NCBI GenBank assembly: GCA_951804945.1
Contig: OX638154.1
Coordinates: 45,818,001-45,882,000 of the forward strand
Direction of reading: 5' to 3'
Length of the DNA stretch: 64,000 nucleotides
Origin: Podarcis cretensis
Taxonomy: Eukaryota
Part shown: piece after piece, positions 12,626 to 26,500 of the stretch
How positions within the stretch are numbered: the first letter of the stretch is position 1
Layout: each line of letters starts with the position of its first letter
Position numbers and translations under genes: made by a program
The notes under the pieces: generated by a model
Databases searched by the model: none
What the model was told of the DNA's origin: nothing
Seen by the model: only the letters and a program-made list of their open reading frames with translations

Positions 12626-15235
12626 CTAACAGGGAAACAAAAACAAAAAGTCATTGCACTGCCGTTCTGCACCAGACACATAGCATCTCTACAGCACAAC
12701 TTCCTTACCCATATTTTGCATTTTCCCCAGATACAACCAACCAGTTTGCATTTGTAAAGCACTGGGTTTCAGAGAAAGTCCAGCTTCAGCCTGTATTTGA
12801 TGCAAACTTACCACTGTGCATAACATGCTTGTCATTTTCTTCACTGGTTATTTCATCCTTCCAGTTCACAAAATCTAGCAATGCATTAGAATCCAGCAGT
12901 GCTATGGCATCAGAACCCACCCAAGCACATAAGGTTTAAGTGTTTGAAACCAATAGTCTTCACATGAGACCACAGAACTGCTGTTCAGAATGGAATTTAT
13001 TGCCACTGCAAGCAAGAGGGTCTCTCTTCTCAGTTTGGGCATGTTCTGGGTGCCTTCATATTTCCTTTTCATACCCCGGTCAGGCGAAATCATTTGTTAT
13101 TCAGTAGAATCACTGAGTCTTTGACAGCTTTGTTTTTCAATGAATTAGTTCAAAGGATCAAAAGAAGGCAACTCAGGTATCTCTACAGGTCACTGGCAAA
13201 AGCTATGGCGTAACACCTGAAAGTGACCAACATACAATATTCAGAGGAAAACTTTCCCACCATTCAAGTCCACAAAACTGAGGGTGGATTTACCCAAAGT
13301 TTGTGGCAGAAATACACTTGAAACCTTAGCCCAACAAGTTAACTTGCCTTCCTTCACACTCATTATTACTTCAACATTCTTTTCCGCATCTGTTAAAAGG
13401 TTAATTCAAATAACTTCTCTTATTCTGGATATGTTCACACATGCCTCTTTATGTGAGACCAGCAAGTATTAATATAGCACCATACTAACTTCAGCACTGT
13501 TTCTCTTAAGATCATGTCCAAACATAAGTTAAGGAGAGTAATTACAGTGGATTTCCCCCATAGGATGAGCCCAGCTGCCTTTCCCCTTTAAATCATAAAT
13601 GACAGATGCACACATTGGTAATCTGAATCCTGATTTAGTTAACAGATTTACCCCTCCCCAATATTTCAGATCATCTTTTAAAATGTATTCTTTTGAAAGC
13701 AACACATGTCCATTTAGTAATTTAAAATGTTCATTCATCGTCTATTTTTTGTTAGAGGCAATCAGTTTAAGAGCTGAGAAAGTAAACCAGGGATGGGAGG
13801 TAGGTGGGTTTGTGATGTAACAGGCACCAGCCAACTAGTGCTGTATGCAGGTAGCTGAGCCAGTATTCTCTGAACTCCCCCTTGAACAGAAAATTATTTG
13901 TTTGCACTCACCATATTCTACAGTTTTCACAAAATTTATTAATCCTGTTTTCCTGTTTTGCTCACTTGCAGTGAACATTGTAAAGTTCTGCTATGCAAAC
14001 TCCCTTGCTCAACAGCAACAGAGAGGAGAGACAACAGAACATACAGTAATGAATTCCTGTCCAGGCTGATTAAAGCATCTGTGTCCTGCTGCATGACAAC
14101 TTGCACGGTTCCCTGTGCTAGGGGAGTTCAGAGCAACTGGTGCTGTCTTTGATAGACAGGATGTGGGTGGCATCAGTTATTTCATGCCTGAGGAGTAACA
14201 TGAAGGTGAGGCTTGGATTAGGTGCAAAGGAAGTGTAGCTTACAGAGGAGCTTCAGCAGAGAGGGAGCAATAAGCAGAAGAGAGTAAGATGAAAGAGGGT
14301 CACAGTCAAAAACATTAACCTGAAATGTGAGAATTCCTTGCATGAGGAGTGATAGGAAAGCAGTGTCAGGGCATTAAGATGAGAGGAGACATAATCATAG
14401 CAAGAGAGGCAAAAATATTATCTTAGTGGGGGTGCTCCCAATTGTCTTGCATATGAGAAAGCAAAGGGAAGCCGACAAGCAGAAGTCCAAACCAGAAATG
14501 ACCAGCTGGTGACCTGTGGGCCAAATCCAAGTCCTATCTATGCCTGATAGATATCTGTCAAAGCAGTGGATAGTTTTTACATCAGCCAATAAGAGGAAGC
14601 ATCAGCAGAATGACCATAGCCTGGCTATAAGAAGAGCATTAGAAGGAGCTGAATATCACCCCATGGATGTAGTGTGTGAGCGTGTGACAGTGAAAGGGAG
14701 TGTGGGAAGAATGAGAAGCTGAATGGAAACATTAGAAATCCCATTTTCACCATGGCCAGTCAGAGACATCAGCAGATGCACAGAAGGAAATGTCAGTGAG
14801 ATGTTCAAACAAGGGACTTGACAGAAAGTGAAAAGAGGCATGGAAAGAATAAATACAGGAGTCACATAAAGGTGGCAGTTCAAACTGAAAGTACAAGCAC
14901 GAACACACAGGGAGAGTATTGCAAGAGAGAAGAGGCTCAGAACTGAGCCTGCAGGACATCTGCAGGGAGGAGTGATCAAGAAGGGGTGAACGTCTAAACA
15001 GAGGGAGAAAAGAAGAACAAAAACAAAAAAACCATAATCAGAGACAAGAGATAAAGAGTGTTGTGGAAAGGAAAAGAGATACCAAGACAACTAGCTTGGG
15101 GTGGGGAATCAGCATAAGGGAATGAATTTGTCATATTGTGACAAATTTGCCTACTAAGGGGAAAGCTCACTGTAAAAGCCACCTATTGCTGCTTTAAAAA
15201 TGTGTTGGATGCATTAGCCTGCTTCTCCAACCTAC

Positions 15236-15371
15236 CTGTGTAGCTGATAGAAGGTGCTGAATTATCTGGTCCTTCATTTGGGTCTGAGGTTCCACCTACT
15301 GCCGTCAGTGCCTCTTCCTCTTCCTCCTCCTCTTCCCTGACCTCAGGTACTTCCTCCTTTGGCTGTTGCAT
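15236..15371 (-). CDS. PPARD: PPAR-delta first coding exon (acidic A/B domain); the exon extends 5' to about 15475 as UTR
   Basis: MQQPKEEVPEVREEEEEEEEALTAVGG...SYT, donor GT at 15235-15234, acceptor ttccttgaag at 15477-15476. The six coding exons sum to 1329 nt = 442 aa + stop. Confidence 0.93.
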
Positions 15372-16855
15372 AACTGATCACCACCCTTCAGTGCCCAGAC
15401 TGCAGTCCCTGTCATAGCTCTGGCATCATCCACGTCTGTCTGGAAAAGGGCCCCTATCAGGCTGTTCCTGCTAGCCTTCAAGGAAGAGAAGGAAAATGTT
15501 AAAGAGCATTTGACAGGGACACATTGTGCTATGGAGTCTTAGAAGGCCAATGGACCACTGTGTATATAGGGATTGGTAATCTGTGCTAGGACCACAAGCT
15601 CTGCACTTAATGCAAACTCAATGCAAATGTATTCCAATGGCAATGTGCCGATTTTCACAGGCTTGGGATGTGATGGCAAGGACAGCTGTCCTCAAACTCA
15701 AGGACAAAGGAGCATGGGCCACTCAAGGTTGTATAAGGAAAGGAATAGGAAGCTACGAAAAATACAAGTGCCTTCCCATCGGTCATGGGACAATCACTTT
15801 AACCTGTGAACTGTCAACAAGCACAGAACTCTGCAAAAAAAAATTCCCCTCCACATAAATACAAGGTGCTCACAATCTCCAGAGTGTGTTGAGCATTTTA
15901 CAGAATGTTTCCATATCCTGGTCACCTTCCCTCTTAAGACCAATTTACATTCTGCTGTGTACATATTCCATTTCCTGACCTTCCTTAGGAATGGATCGCA
16001 CGGACAAACAAGATACAATACAGGAAAGAACAACTATGGCCAGCAACTTTTCCCATAATCACAGTGGCACTATTTTCAGTCACTACAATCATGGGAACTG
16101 CTGACAATCACATCCTTGAGTATCCACCTCATACATTATGTTTGTCCATGTGAGGGTTTGCTCAGGAATAGACTACTTGTATGTACATAAACCACACTGC
16201 ATAATCTGCCCCTCAAAGAGATGTTACTATTTCTCTATATGCTGAGGGATTTGCTATTCAATGCAGTTGCTGAGGCTGCAATTTGAAGCACAATACCAGC
16301 GGGGGGCGGGGGGCCTTAACCCTTTCCTCTTAGTCTATTTTTCTGCCGAACGTCCTCCCCCTGAAGTTCTCCCCTCCCCAAGAGTCATCTTCAGATTGCT
16401 GCCCCAGCAAGCTGCATTATATGACAAACAATAAAAGAATATCAGAACTGCTCATAACACATAGTAACATCCTACATATTTATGTCTAATTCACTCAGAC
16501 GTCTCTTCATTTTTGTATTTGAGCAATATCTTCGATAGAATTTCTTTGGGTTTTAGCCTTAAAAACACACAGCCTTTCAATATGCTACAATGATGTAGCC
16601 ATCATCATCCTCTGCCCTTCACTAGCAGGTCCCAGGACAGGTTACAACAATTTAGATTTTTAAATTAAAACAGAGCACAATCACAGGAACAGAGTGGGCC
16701 CTGAAAACACCTATCTCAGGTGTTACAGGCTAGGGTAAAGAGGTACGTGTTCAGCATTTGCTGAAAGCTGTCAAGCCAGACGCACCTCTGTGGGGAGGAA
16801 ATTCCACAACTTAGGGAATGCTGCAGATAATCCATTGAAATTCATTCTATGCACA

Positions 16856-16940
16856 AAGAGTCTTGCAGCACCTTAAATACCAATTTTTTTATTGTGGCAT
16901 AAGCTTTCATGGACTAGAGCCAACTTCATCGGATGCATAC
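16856..16940 (-). mobile_element. Older Penelope-like terminal fragment
   Basis: gcagcaccttaaatacc...gcataagctttcatggactagagccaacttcatcggatgc carries a degenerate hammerhead layout; a similar decayed copy lies at about 54440-54520. Confidence 0.55.
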
Positions 16941-19504
16941 ACAATGTGGTGTGAAAGAAATTAAATGTAAGGCTGAACAGTAAAGAAATGCAAAAATTCA
17001 GTACAAGACCTTAAAATGTATGCAAACTGACCCTTCACAGCATCAGTAATTGGTGATAACACAATAATATTAGCACCTGTAATCAATACCTGTAGTGTGA
17101 AAGGCAATAATTGTTCTCCAAATGAATGGAGAAGTTGCAATTCAGCAGTTACCTGAGGATTGTGTACATGACAACTGTTTACTCAAAGCTGCCTTTAGGA
17201 CCCCATCTGCAGTATCATATCACTTTAAAACACAGATTTAAACCTCACAGATTTATTTCTGCTGTGTAAGGGATTTTAGAACAGCCCCACCTGCCACACA
17301 TGCATACTTGTCTTTGGCAAAATACTCATGTCGATATGGATCCAGTACCAGAATGGAACAGCTAACTTTGCTGGGAAGTTTTGCTGAGAGTTTTACCATG
17401 GACACACAGCTCTACTTCTGTTACCTGTTTTTAATATGTATTTGTTTCTTTATTTAATTTTTAACAAGTCATGTTTCAGGGCACAAGCACCCTCCTGGCT
17501 TGAAATAAAAATGATTTAAGCTCTCTCCTAAAAGTTAATAGAAACTGGGACAAACATATTCCATGGAGAAGTGACTTCCAAAGGTATAGGGCTACAGCTG
17601 AGAAGGACCCATCAACCTAATATCTGTCCTGGATGGGCAACAGAGATGGGCCTCTATAGCTGAATGCCTGAGCATGCTCATATAAGTGCAAATAATCCTT
17701 CAAATATTCAGTCCTTCAGCTCTGAAGAATAGAGTGCAAAGGTAGGAAACTATTGCAGGGGGTAGGATAAGGCTTCTGGTTTTAATCATATTTTGGTTGT
17801 TAAAATGCTATATGAGCACTCTTTTACTAAAGTAATGGGGAGCACTCAAACTCTTAAAAAGCACGCTTAACACAACAACAGATAAAACTTCTAAAGAGAT
17901 CATAGAACAACATAGTCATCGCAGGTCGGGACTGACAGAGCACTGTAACATGCAGGACTAACAGTCATGATAGACGGGCTGCAGTCATTTGCTCAAAAAG
18001 TAGAACATCCCTGCCAAAGAAGCACCTGAGGAAAGGCACATGGATCGCAAGAAGCAAATGAGCAAAAACTTGTTTGTCTGACACAAAAATGATAATTTGG
18101 AAAGGGGGCTTTAATATTCAAACAACTGAATATTTACTTTAATTTATCTAGGTTAAGAGCACTATCCCTGCCAGTTAGGCTATGGATGTATGCACTTAAG
18201 AGTGGAATCTTCACTTGCATTTATAAGACAGGAGGCTATATGAGTTGAGGGAAGCAGATACTGGTATGCATAGACGCAGTTTCACTTTGCTTCTGAAGCA
18301 GTTTGAAATCAAGGTGTTTGCAATACACTTAAATTGAACACCTATATATTTGTACAGACGAAGTAGGTCAAAAAAAGAAATCCATGGAAGGACAAGCATC
18401 AAAAGGTCTCTAGAACTGACACTGTTTACTGGGTCCCCAACACACTGCATTTATTTACAGGTGTTAATAAATCCAGCACAAAATTGCAGCTAGACACTTC
18501 ATGACTAAAACACAGACAGTATCAGACAAAAGACACAGGTTAGCTATCAAATTTCAATCATATACTGAGCTGTCAAAAAGTAGCTAGCATGACTGATTAC
18601 CTGCTGGAGTCACCACCTCTCCAGCTTAGCTGGGATCACACCACTTTCGATGATGTTTTGAGACACCCATGTGCTGAAACACCCAGCTTAGGTTTATTTT
18701 TATTCAACATGTTGTAACCAATCCTCCTTTTTGCTGCCAAAATCACTTGAGTGCTTTCTTACTGTAAGCAGATGTTGAGCCTGATCCAGGCACAAGGAGC
18801 AATAACAAGAAGATCTGCTGTGCATTCCTGTCTTGCGACAGAACGACAATCAAGCCGCACCCTCACCCTACCTAATTGAGCAAATGGGAGTCAATTGTAA
18901 TTAAATAATAATAATAATAATCAACATATACACCATGAAATAAAACTGAAGGATAAACAAAGCAAAGCAAAGTAAAACAAAACTGAAGGACAGCATACAA
19001 ATAACATGCAGAAGACTTCACTGCTATTTATAAGCCCACCTGCCTTATACTGTAATCTCAGTGCAAGATTCCAATATATTGATCAGACTTAGTGGCACAG
19101 GTGTAAGGTATTTCATGGCCAGGTATGCACCTTTTAAATTCAAAACATTGATATATAACTGTTGTGCACTGTGGCAGAAATTGCTATCAGATACAACAGA
19201 ATGGTACCAAGCTTACAAAATATGCTATAATGCTGGGGAAAATATTCAGCCATTAAGCAATCAGTCCCTTGTATCTGGGCAGTAGTGCACTGATGAGAAC
19301 AAAATCTAAATTCCCTATTATAGAAATGTGCCTTCTTTCTAGCCTGACCTTCCTAGGGTTGGATCTAGATACATCAATGAAGAGTTTCAGGGAAACGTGT
19401 TGTAAATTTTGTATGAGAAATCGTGTTGGCAAAAACGGGACTCCACAGCGCCATCTGGTGTCACAGTGTTATAATGCATATAATGCATATACAACACATA
19501 TAAA

Positions 19505-19696
19505 ACAAAAACGTTGTCCAGTAGCACCTTAGAGACCAACTAAGTATGTTCTGGGTATAAGCTTTCATGTGCATGCACACTTCTTCAGATACATGCACAC
19601 GAAAGCTTATACCCAGAACATAGTTGGTCTCTCAGGTGCTACTGGGCATTTTTTTTTTTTCGACTGCGTCAGAGCAACACGGCTACCTGCCTGAAC
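19505..19696. mobile_element. Penelope-like terminal fragments arranged as an inverted pair
   Basis: Same family as the 8000 and 23451 copies; arms at about 19518-19580 and 19593-19645 are reverse complements. Confidence 0.75.
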
Positions 19697-22600
19697 ATAT
19701 GTTTTTTCTTTACCAATCTAGCTGAGACCTAAGTTTTAGCAGCCAGCCAACTGATCATATTATCCTTCTGTCTGCTATGTTAAATGATTTCTCTCTAAGA
19801 ACATTCACACCAGTGTTCTGCCTTCTAAAGAGGTGAAAAAGAAACACCTACTGGCTGGTTGCTGATGCAAAATGATTTCGTGGCACTGAGCCCAGACCTT
19901 AGCAGAAAGGTTGTATCACTAAATAACACCTCGTCTAGTAGATATTATCTGATTTTCTTCCTAGAGATCTATCAGCTGAAAAACTAAGGCTAAAGTAAGA
20001 TATTGAAATTGAATTTCTCAGGGTGGACAACTGAAACATGCCATTTTATCAAGAGAAGGAAAACATATTTACATATACTTAATGCTCTCTACAGAATCCT
20101 AGCTCATTACCAACTAGCAAGCTATCCATTTCATAAGTAAAATAACATTTCATACCCAGGTCAATGCATCCAAACTATCATTGCAAAGTTTCCAGACAGA
20201 ACTGTAAGATGGGCTAGTTTCCCATCTCTTCCTGTTTCTATGATTAACCATACCCAGAATGTCTAACCCAGGAAGCAAAGGGGGAGGGGGTAAAAACACA
20301 GGGAGTTGAATCTCTAAGGCCCTGCCCAAGGACACCAAACATACTGACCCTTTTAGCAATCTTAACATAACCCTGAAGAGGAGTCTCGCCATGAGACATC
20401 ACTCTCATTCTTTTGTCTCTCTTTTTTTTTACAAATGCATCACCATCATGATGAAAAATAGCTGTAAGAATGGCTTTCCACTGAATTCATCCTGAGTCAA
20501 GAAGTGTGCTAACTCACGCAAATAATCGGCAGCTCCGTTCGTTGTGAGCATTGCATCAATTCTGATGCCTGGCCAAGCAGGGATACTTAATATCCAAGTC
20601 CCTTTCTTTCTTAGAGCAATTAAGTTAAAAGTGGGGTGTGTGTGTAATTAGGAAAACATCTTTTTATAGTTAAAGAAATAAGGGGTTTTTAGTTTTAAAG
20701 TTAAAGAAATAAGGAGATTGTGCAGCATAACATTGATTTCTATGAGTAAAGTTTTCTACTTATCCACTCCCCCTTCCCCTATGCTCCAGAACTGCGGGCA
20801 GATGTTTGTGTGAATCTAAAGCAGAGGTTTGCTGTATGAGGATTCAGAGTGCAAGAGAGAAACAAAAATGAAGTATGCAATAGATGGAGAGGCAGCCTTT
20901 TGGATGCTAATCCTTTTGCCTGCCTTAGGGATGCTGTTTCCATGCAGCCATTTCCGTGTTTCCTGGAGATACGCATCTGAGCCAAAGAGAGGTTTTGAAA
21001 GCTGTGTTCAAGGCTAATAATGCTACTTCTAACAATAAATGTACAGAACACTCTCGTTTCGTTCACACAGACTCCTTAAAATAGCTGGAGAAAACTGAAC
21101 ATCTCTTTGGTGGAGGAGAGTTCAGTTATATAAGCTGGGTTGCATCCTGCTACTTTTATACATTAAGAACTCACAGCGCTAAGTAGCACACAGTTAATGG
21201 AAAAGTTCTACATTAAAATATGAGAGATCAAGGAAGTTGTAGGAAAGCAATCATATGGCTATATAAAAAGCTACAGATGTAAGTGCTGAAAAATAAAACT
21301 GACACCCAAATCCTCCAACTCTATATCTAAAAGTGACTGTGTGAGACACAGTGGACAATCTTAAAAGCATTTCAGATCCTTGAGGAAAAGTGTGGGTGCA
21401 TTTGTATGTGTCATACAGGCACAAACACTTGCTTCTGCCTGTATTTACAAAAATAAATGCAGGATCACTTCTTTTCTTGCTCAGAGCTTTAGTTCTATGC
21501 ATTTATCTATGTTAGGGATCAAAGAAGGTGCCCCCCCCCCAGGTTCTGCTCAAACAACATTTGTTTTCATTTACAGTGAAATCATGTGAAAGAAGTGAGA
21601 AAAATAATACAGCATGCTTTTAAACAAGTGAAGAGAGCTCCCCTTTAGTGCCTTATAAAAGGAAACTGAGACCCCATTCACATGCAGTGTTATCCTTGGC
21701 CCTCTTCCCCACACTTGCACTGTAGGAAATGGCACACACAGAGGAAAAACTATTCACTGTAGTTTGAAAGTAATGAAGTGAATCCGGTTTTTAATACCTG
21801 CATAAAAAATGAATGCAAGACGTTCAGGAAAAGCATCTGGTGCAGGGTTGAGATTAATCTAGGCATGGAAAGGCATATACTAAAGCACATACAGTCACTC
21901 AATTTCCAATTAGACTTCTCTCATCTTTAAACTCCATCAGAGCAATGGGGCTTGGGTATTTTATGTTAGAAGGATTATGCCCCTGTTCACTTTCTTTTCA
22001 ATATACCGGGACTCGAATATAATGTGCTGTCTCTGCTGCATACAAATCTATTCCTTTCAGTAAGCCCAAAACAACCTTAAAGCTTGCTGACTGCTAGCTA
22101 TTTAAGTAGAACAAATATTGTCCACCCACTTTGAGACATTAATTTTCCCTATGAAAAAACAGTGCATGTCAAACCTCCAGCATTTGGTGCAACTTTAAGG
22201 CTCATGATCATGGCTACCTTCAGGATCCTGGTTCCAGATATCTCTGAAGATCAGTTGCTGGGAATCACAAGCAGGAGAGTGCTAATTCACTCATCTCATG
22301 CTTGTCAGCTTCTAGGTTAGAGGTATTATGGTTTCAATCTGGAATCCTTTTCTGAAAATAAAATTTTCAGAATTTTGGGGACTGTTATCTTACCTGCACT
22401 GCAGACAAAATCTACAACACTGCTCAAGTCTCTGGTAAAAGTTCACACTTTGTCCTAAGCTGGCATCAGTTATAAAGTACACAATCCTAACACTTAACAA
22501 TATTTCTCATTGAAATCAATGAAAGTTACCTTTAAACAAGATGCTTCAAATCAGGCTGCAAGTGTTCCACATGGTTACTGCGCCTATAACGCTTTATCCA

Positions 22601-23165
22601 GATCTCTGAAAATCCCATATTCATACAACTGTGTTTTTGTTGCAACACCCTGCATTCCGAAGATGGCAGAGGGATTTGTTTCCTGTGGAATTAGCACTCG
22701 CTTAAAAGCCTCACCCATTTCAGCAGATGAAAGCAAGACCAGCCTCATCCTAAGTAAAGCTAACACAGCAACTCGGAAAGCAGCTGTTAGCAGTAGTAAG
22801 TAATCAAAACAGAGTGAAGGAAGCAGAGAGCAGCACAAACACAAAGGAACATTGTGCCCATAAGGCGATTCAGGGGTTGGCTCCAAGGACACAAGATGAA
22901 AGGGTGTGTTTTTTTAATTGACTATATAAAATGAGTGGGGAAGGGAAGCTTTCTGCTACTGTCAGCTAGCAGCATTAGGATAACAATTGTGAAAATGCTC
23001 CAGGGAGGCTCACTCAAGTTCCCAACAGACTGAGCCCACATCACCAACATTGTGACCAGGACAAGATCTCATTTAAGAGCATTAGCGTTGAGAACATTCT
23101 CCTCCTTCATTCTGTCTGAGATTTTTTTTCCCCTTTCTGTCTGAGATTTTATCTGCTCTCTCGGG

Positions 23166-23222
<57 letters not shown>
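23166..23222. repeat. (TC)n(CA)n compound microsatellite
   Basis: Read directly from the sequence. Confidence 0.9.
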
Positions 23223-23450
23223 CCATGTCTTTGGCAGATAGGAAACTGAAGCCACAATCAGCATTTCTACTGTCAAAAGAAAGGTGGTGGGAGTAATCTG
23301 CTCATGCCACTAGTAAAAACAAAATAAAGCGCAGGTGCACAAATTCATGCTAAATAACTGTGTGGTCTCTCTTCAATAACTTTAGCAGCCTAGCTAAGCA
23401 ACTTTTGCATACGTTCAATTGCTGGATTTTGACTCACTACCTCCTTGAAG

Positions 23451-23594
23451 AAGTGTGCATGCACACGAAAGCTCATACCAAGAACTAACTCAGTTGGTCT
23501 TTAAGGTGCTACTGGAAGGAATTTTTTTATTTTGTTTTGACTATGTTTTTGTTTTGTTTTGACTATGGCAGACCAACACGGCTACCTATCTGTA
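23451..23594 (+). mobile_element. Penelope-like terminal fragment
   Basis: Reverse complement of the 8000 copy; 15-bp duplication actacctccttgaag at 23436-23450 and 23595-23609. Confidence 0.78.
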
Positions 23595-26500
23595 ACTACC
23601 TCCTTGAAGTTCTACACAAAAAGAGAATATGTGTATTTGTGGCTCTTACTGTCTCTTCCCAGTTTTCTCCTCCTAGTTACTGAAGAGGATATGCTATGCA
23701 TATTCCATATGTCAGCTGAATATTTGATTTATTGTATTTCCATGCTGCTTTTCATTCAAATGAATCTTAAAGCGGCTTACAAACAATAAATAACAATGAC
23801 ATAATAAAAACCACAACTGCAGCATAAATGATATAAAATAATTAACAAATCATCTCTAAAACAATTACATACTATAATTACAACACTATTAACAGAGCAG
23901 CAACTATAAAATTAAGCTAACATCACAATGACAGCAAAAGGCATATTATATGATTAACAATCAATACAGCATTTATAATCTATAAAACAATATTAACAAC
24001 ATTAATAAAAAAGCAACTTAAAAAACAAGCTAAGCAATGCTAGGTTCAAGAAGACACTCTGCATGCCTCTATGATTCATGATCTTTCATTTTATTTAGTT
24101 CATTAAAATACACATAAAATACCCATAATGCCCACTGTTAAGCTGGCTCAGCCAGATGCTGTGCTGGCTGGGGTCCTCAGGTTGTGGACCATGATGGAGA
24201 TGGTGGGACTCTTGGGCCTACTGCCAGTGGAAAGGTGGATATTGACTCTGGGTAGCCTGCCCACATCAGTAATCAGGGGGTTCACTCCTACTTGAGGAAG
24301 CCTGAGACAAGCCTGTCCCTTGGGGTAGCAAATCACAACTGCATTCAGTGCAGAGACCAACAAGGAGGTCCAGCACTGTCTCCATGCTCAGGATGCTCAT
24401 GCTGCAGCCCATCCACCAGCAGCTGCTCCAGCTTCTTCAGCCGCAATTTGGCCAACAAATGCTAAACTTGGTTCATGTACGCAACCAGCCCTGGGTGTTG
24501 GCAGCCGCCTTTCTTGCCATTGCATTTAATCTTTGGTCTGAAGGTTCAGCTATTTTTTTTAAAAAAAACAACTTCATTATGTAGAGCCTTCCCACTGCTC
24601 TTTGGCTATTGCTAATCTTGGACAGTACTTCCAAGTACTTCCTAGTAATCAGTTTGGCTGATTGCAACAGGTTACAGTGCTTCTGTCTCGTCGTCTTCTT
24701 CTCTGCTTCCTTGGGCTATGCTAGCTACTGCTCAGGTCTCTATTCTCATTTCCTCCAGCTCCTGTTCCACTTCCTTGTAAACTGTAAGTTGGACTGAACA
24801 GCCAGCATTTGGCTCACCTTGAATTTCATGCCTAGATTACCTTTCATTGGAAAAGTCACTTGCCTTGTTGCTGTGATCTTGTTTTCATTAACCATATTTC
24901 TAAAACTAAGAGGTAGTACAGAAATGTTTATATAAATAATGTGCACAATCCCTAGTCTGGAACACAATGAGACGTTCCCTTGAGAGAAACCCTGATTCCA
25001 ATTCCTTCCATATTGACACCAGGCTGGCTTTGCTAAATACTGAAAGCTGAATTTTGAGGAGTGCGGCCACCTTATTTTTTATTTTTTATTATTGTATACC
25101 CAGAAGTCTTACTCCTATGACTTTAGCAGCAACACACAAACATATTTAAAGAGCTGATTAAGTTCATGCCAGGAAAAGTTACACCTGCTTAACTGTTCAC
25201 ATCCAACTGTTTCTAAAAGCACTGGAGCAAGGCCAGTAAAAAGGTTACTGGGTCTCTCCTGCTTATCCTTCTGCGGTCAGCCATCTCCTTCTTCCTCTGA
25301 GTGGAACTTTCCTCCAAGTTGAAAAAAATAAGTGTAGACTTGGCTTCAGCAAGGCAGTGTTTGAGTATGGCCTGCCTATGGTGGTGCCATTTTGCATACT
25401 TCACAGTATTACACAGCTCAAGTTATTGTGACACATGTACATTTTCTGTCTCTGAGTATAAACCTCATGAGAAGAAAATTTAGCACAGGGGGGCGGCGGT
25501 GAGAGGACAATAATCTCTACAATGTTTACAAGTGCAGTAGGTGATAAGAGACTGGTGACCCTCTGAGGCTGATCATGTTTTCAAACCAAATCCCCACAAC
25601 TGATTTTCTGGTCAGCAATCTAATCACTCCCTCCACTAGCAAACTCAGATTCTGAGTTTTTGTGCAAAGTCACATGCTTTATTCACTACATCTATGCGTG
25701 CCCAGGCAAGATGTATCTTATGGGAAATAACACAGAAGTTAGATAGCTAAAATGTAGCATGGAATGTTTCTTCTAGTGTGCCGCTTTTAATCACCATTTG
25801 CACAGGAGTATTTTAGAATCTGCCCAGTTTACAGTTTCAGGATTTGCTGGCCACCTCTGCAGAAATTCATTTCTCACATGAAATGCTTAACATGCTTTTC
25901 GTGATCCTTCTGCTTCACACAGGAGCCTTTTAGCACTGTCTCCTACTGCTCTTTACCAAGGCAGTCCCTATATTCTGGTACCTTACCTGCCCCATTTTTG
26001 CTTTCGGATAAGATGATGGAAAAAGAGCTGTGGCTCAGTGGTACGGATCTACTTTGCATGCAGAAGATCCCAGACCCAGATTGGCTTCAGTAATGTTGCC
26101 CCATCATTGCCCCACTGAAGTGAATAGAACCCAGTGGTAAGCACCAATCAGTCTAGGGGACAGTGACATGTTTCAGGTTGCTACAACAGTAGTCTAAAAT
26201 ACATGTAATCCCCCTGTAGGCTTAAATGCCAAAAGTTCTGAACTGAACTTGCTTTTTTAAAAATATACTTTTTAAAGTGCTTATGATCTGTTTTCGGATT
26301 TCCTGGTGGACTAGCAGCTGTTAACAATGCCCTCTACTCAAGTGGCACAGTGTTTTGTGAAATAACTTACTATTAAATTATTCAGCTCTTCAAACATCTG
26401 GCATGACAGTATGCCTGCATTTTTCTCACCCTATAAAATTAGCACACACTGCTAATTTTAAGTATGGATTGAGTTCATTTAAATCTTTAAATTTGTGGTT

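Noticed and set aside
15312-15335. Poly-Glu run in the PPARD N-terminus as a novelty
   Set aside because: An acidic run at this position is a normal feature of PPAR-delta.
26025-26075. tRNA-like sequences here and near 10020 and 51400
   Set aside because: They are degenerate heads of tRNA-derived SINEs and do not form a full cloverleaf.
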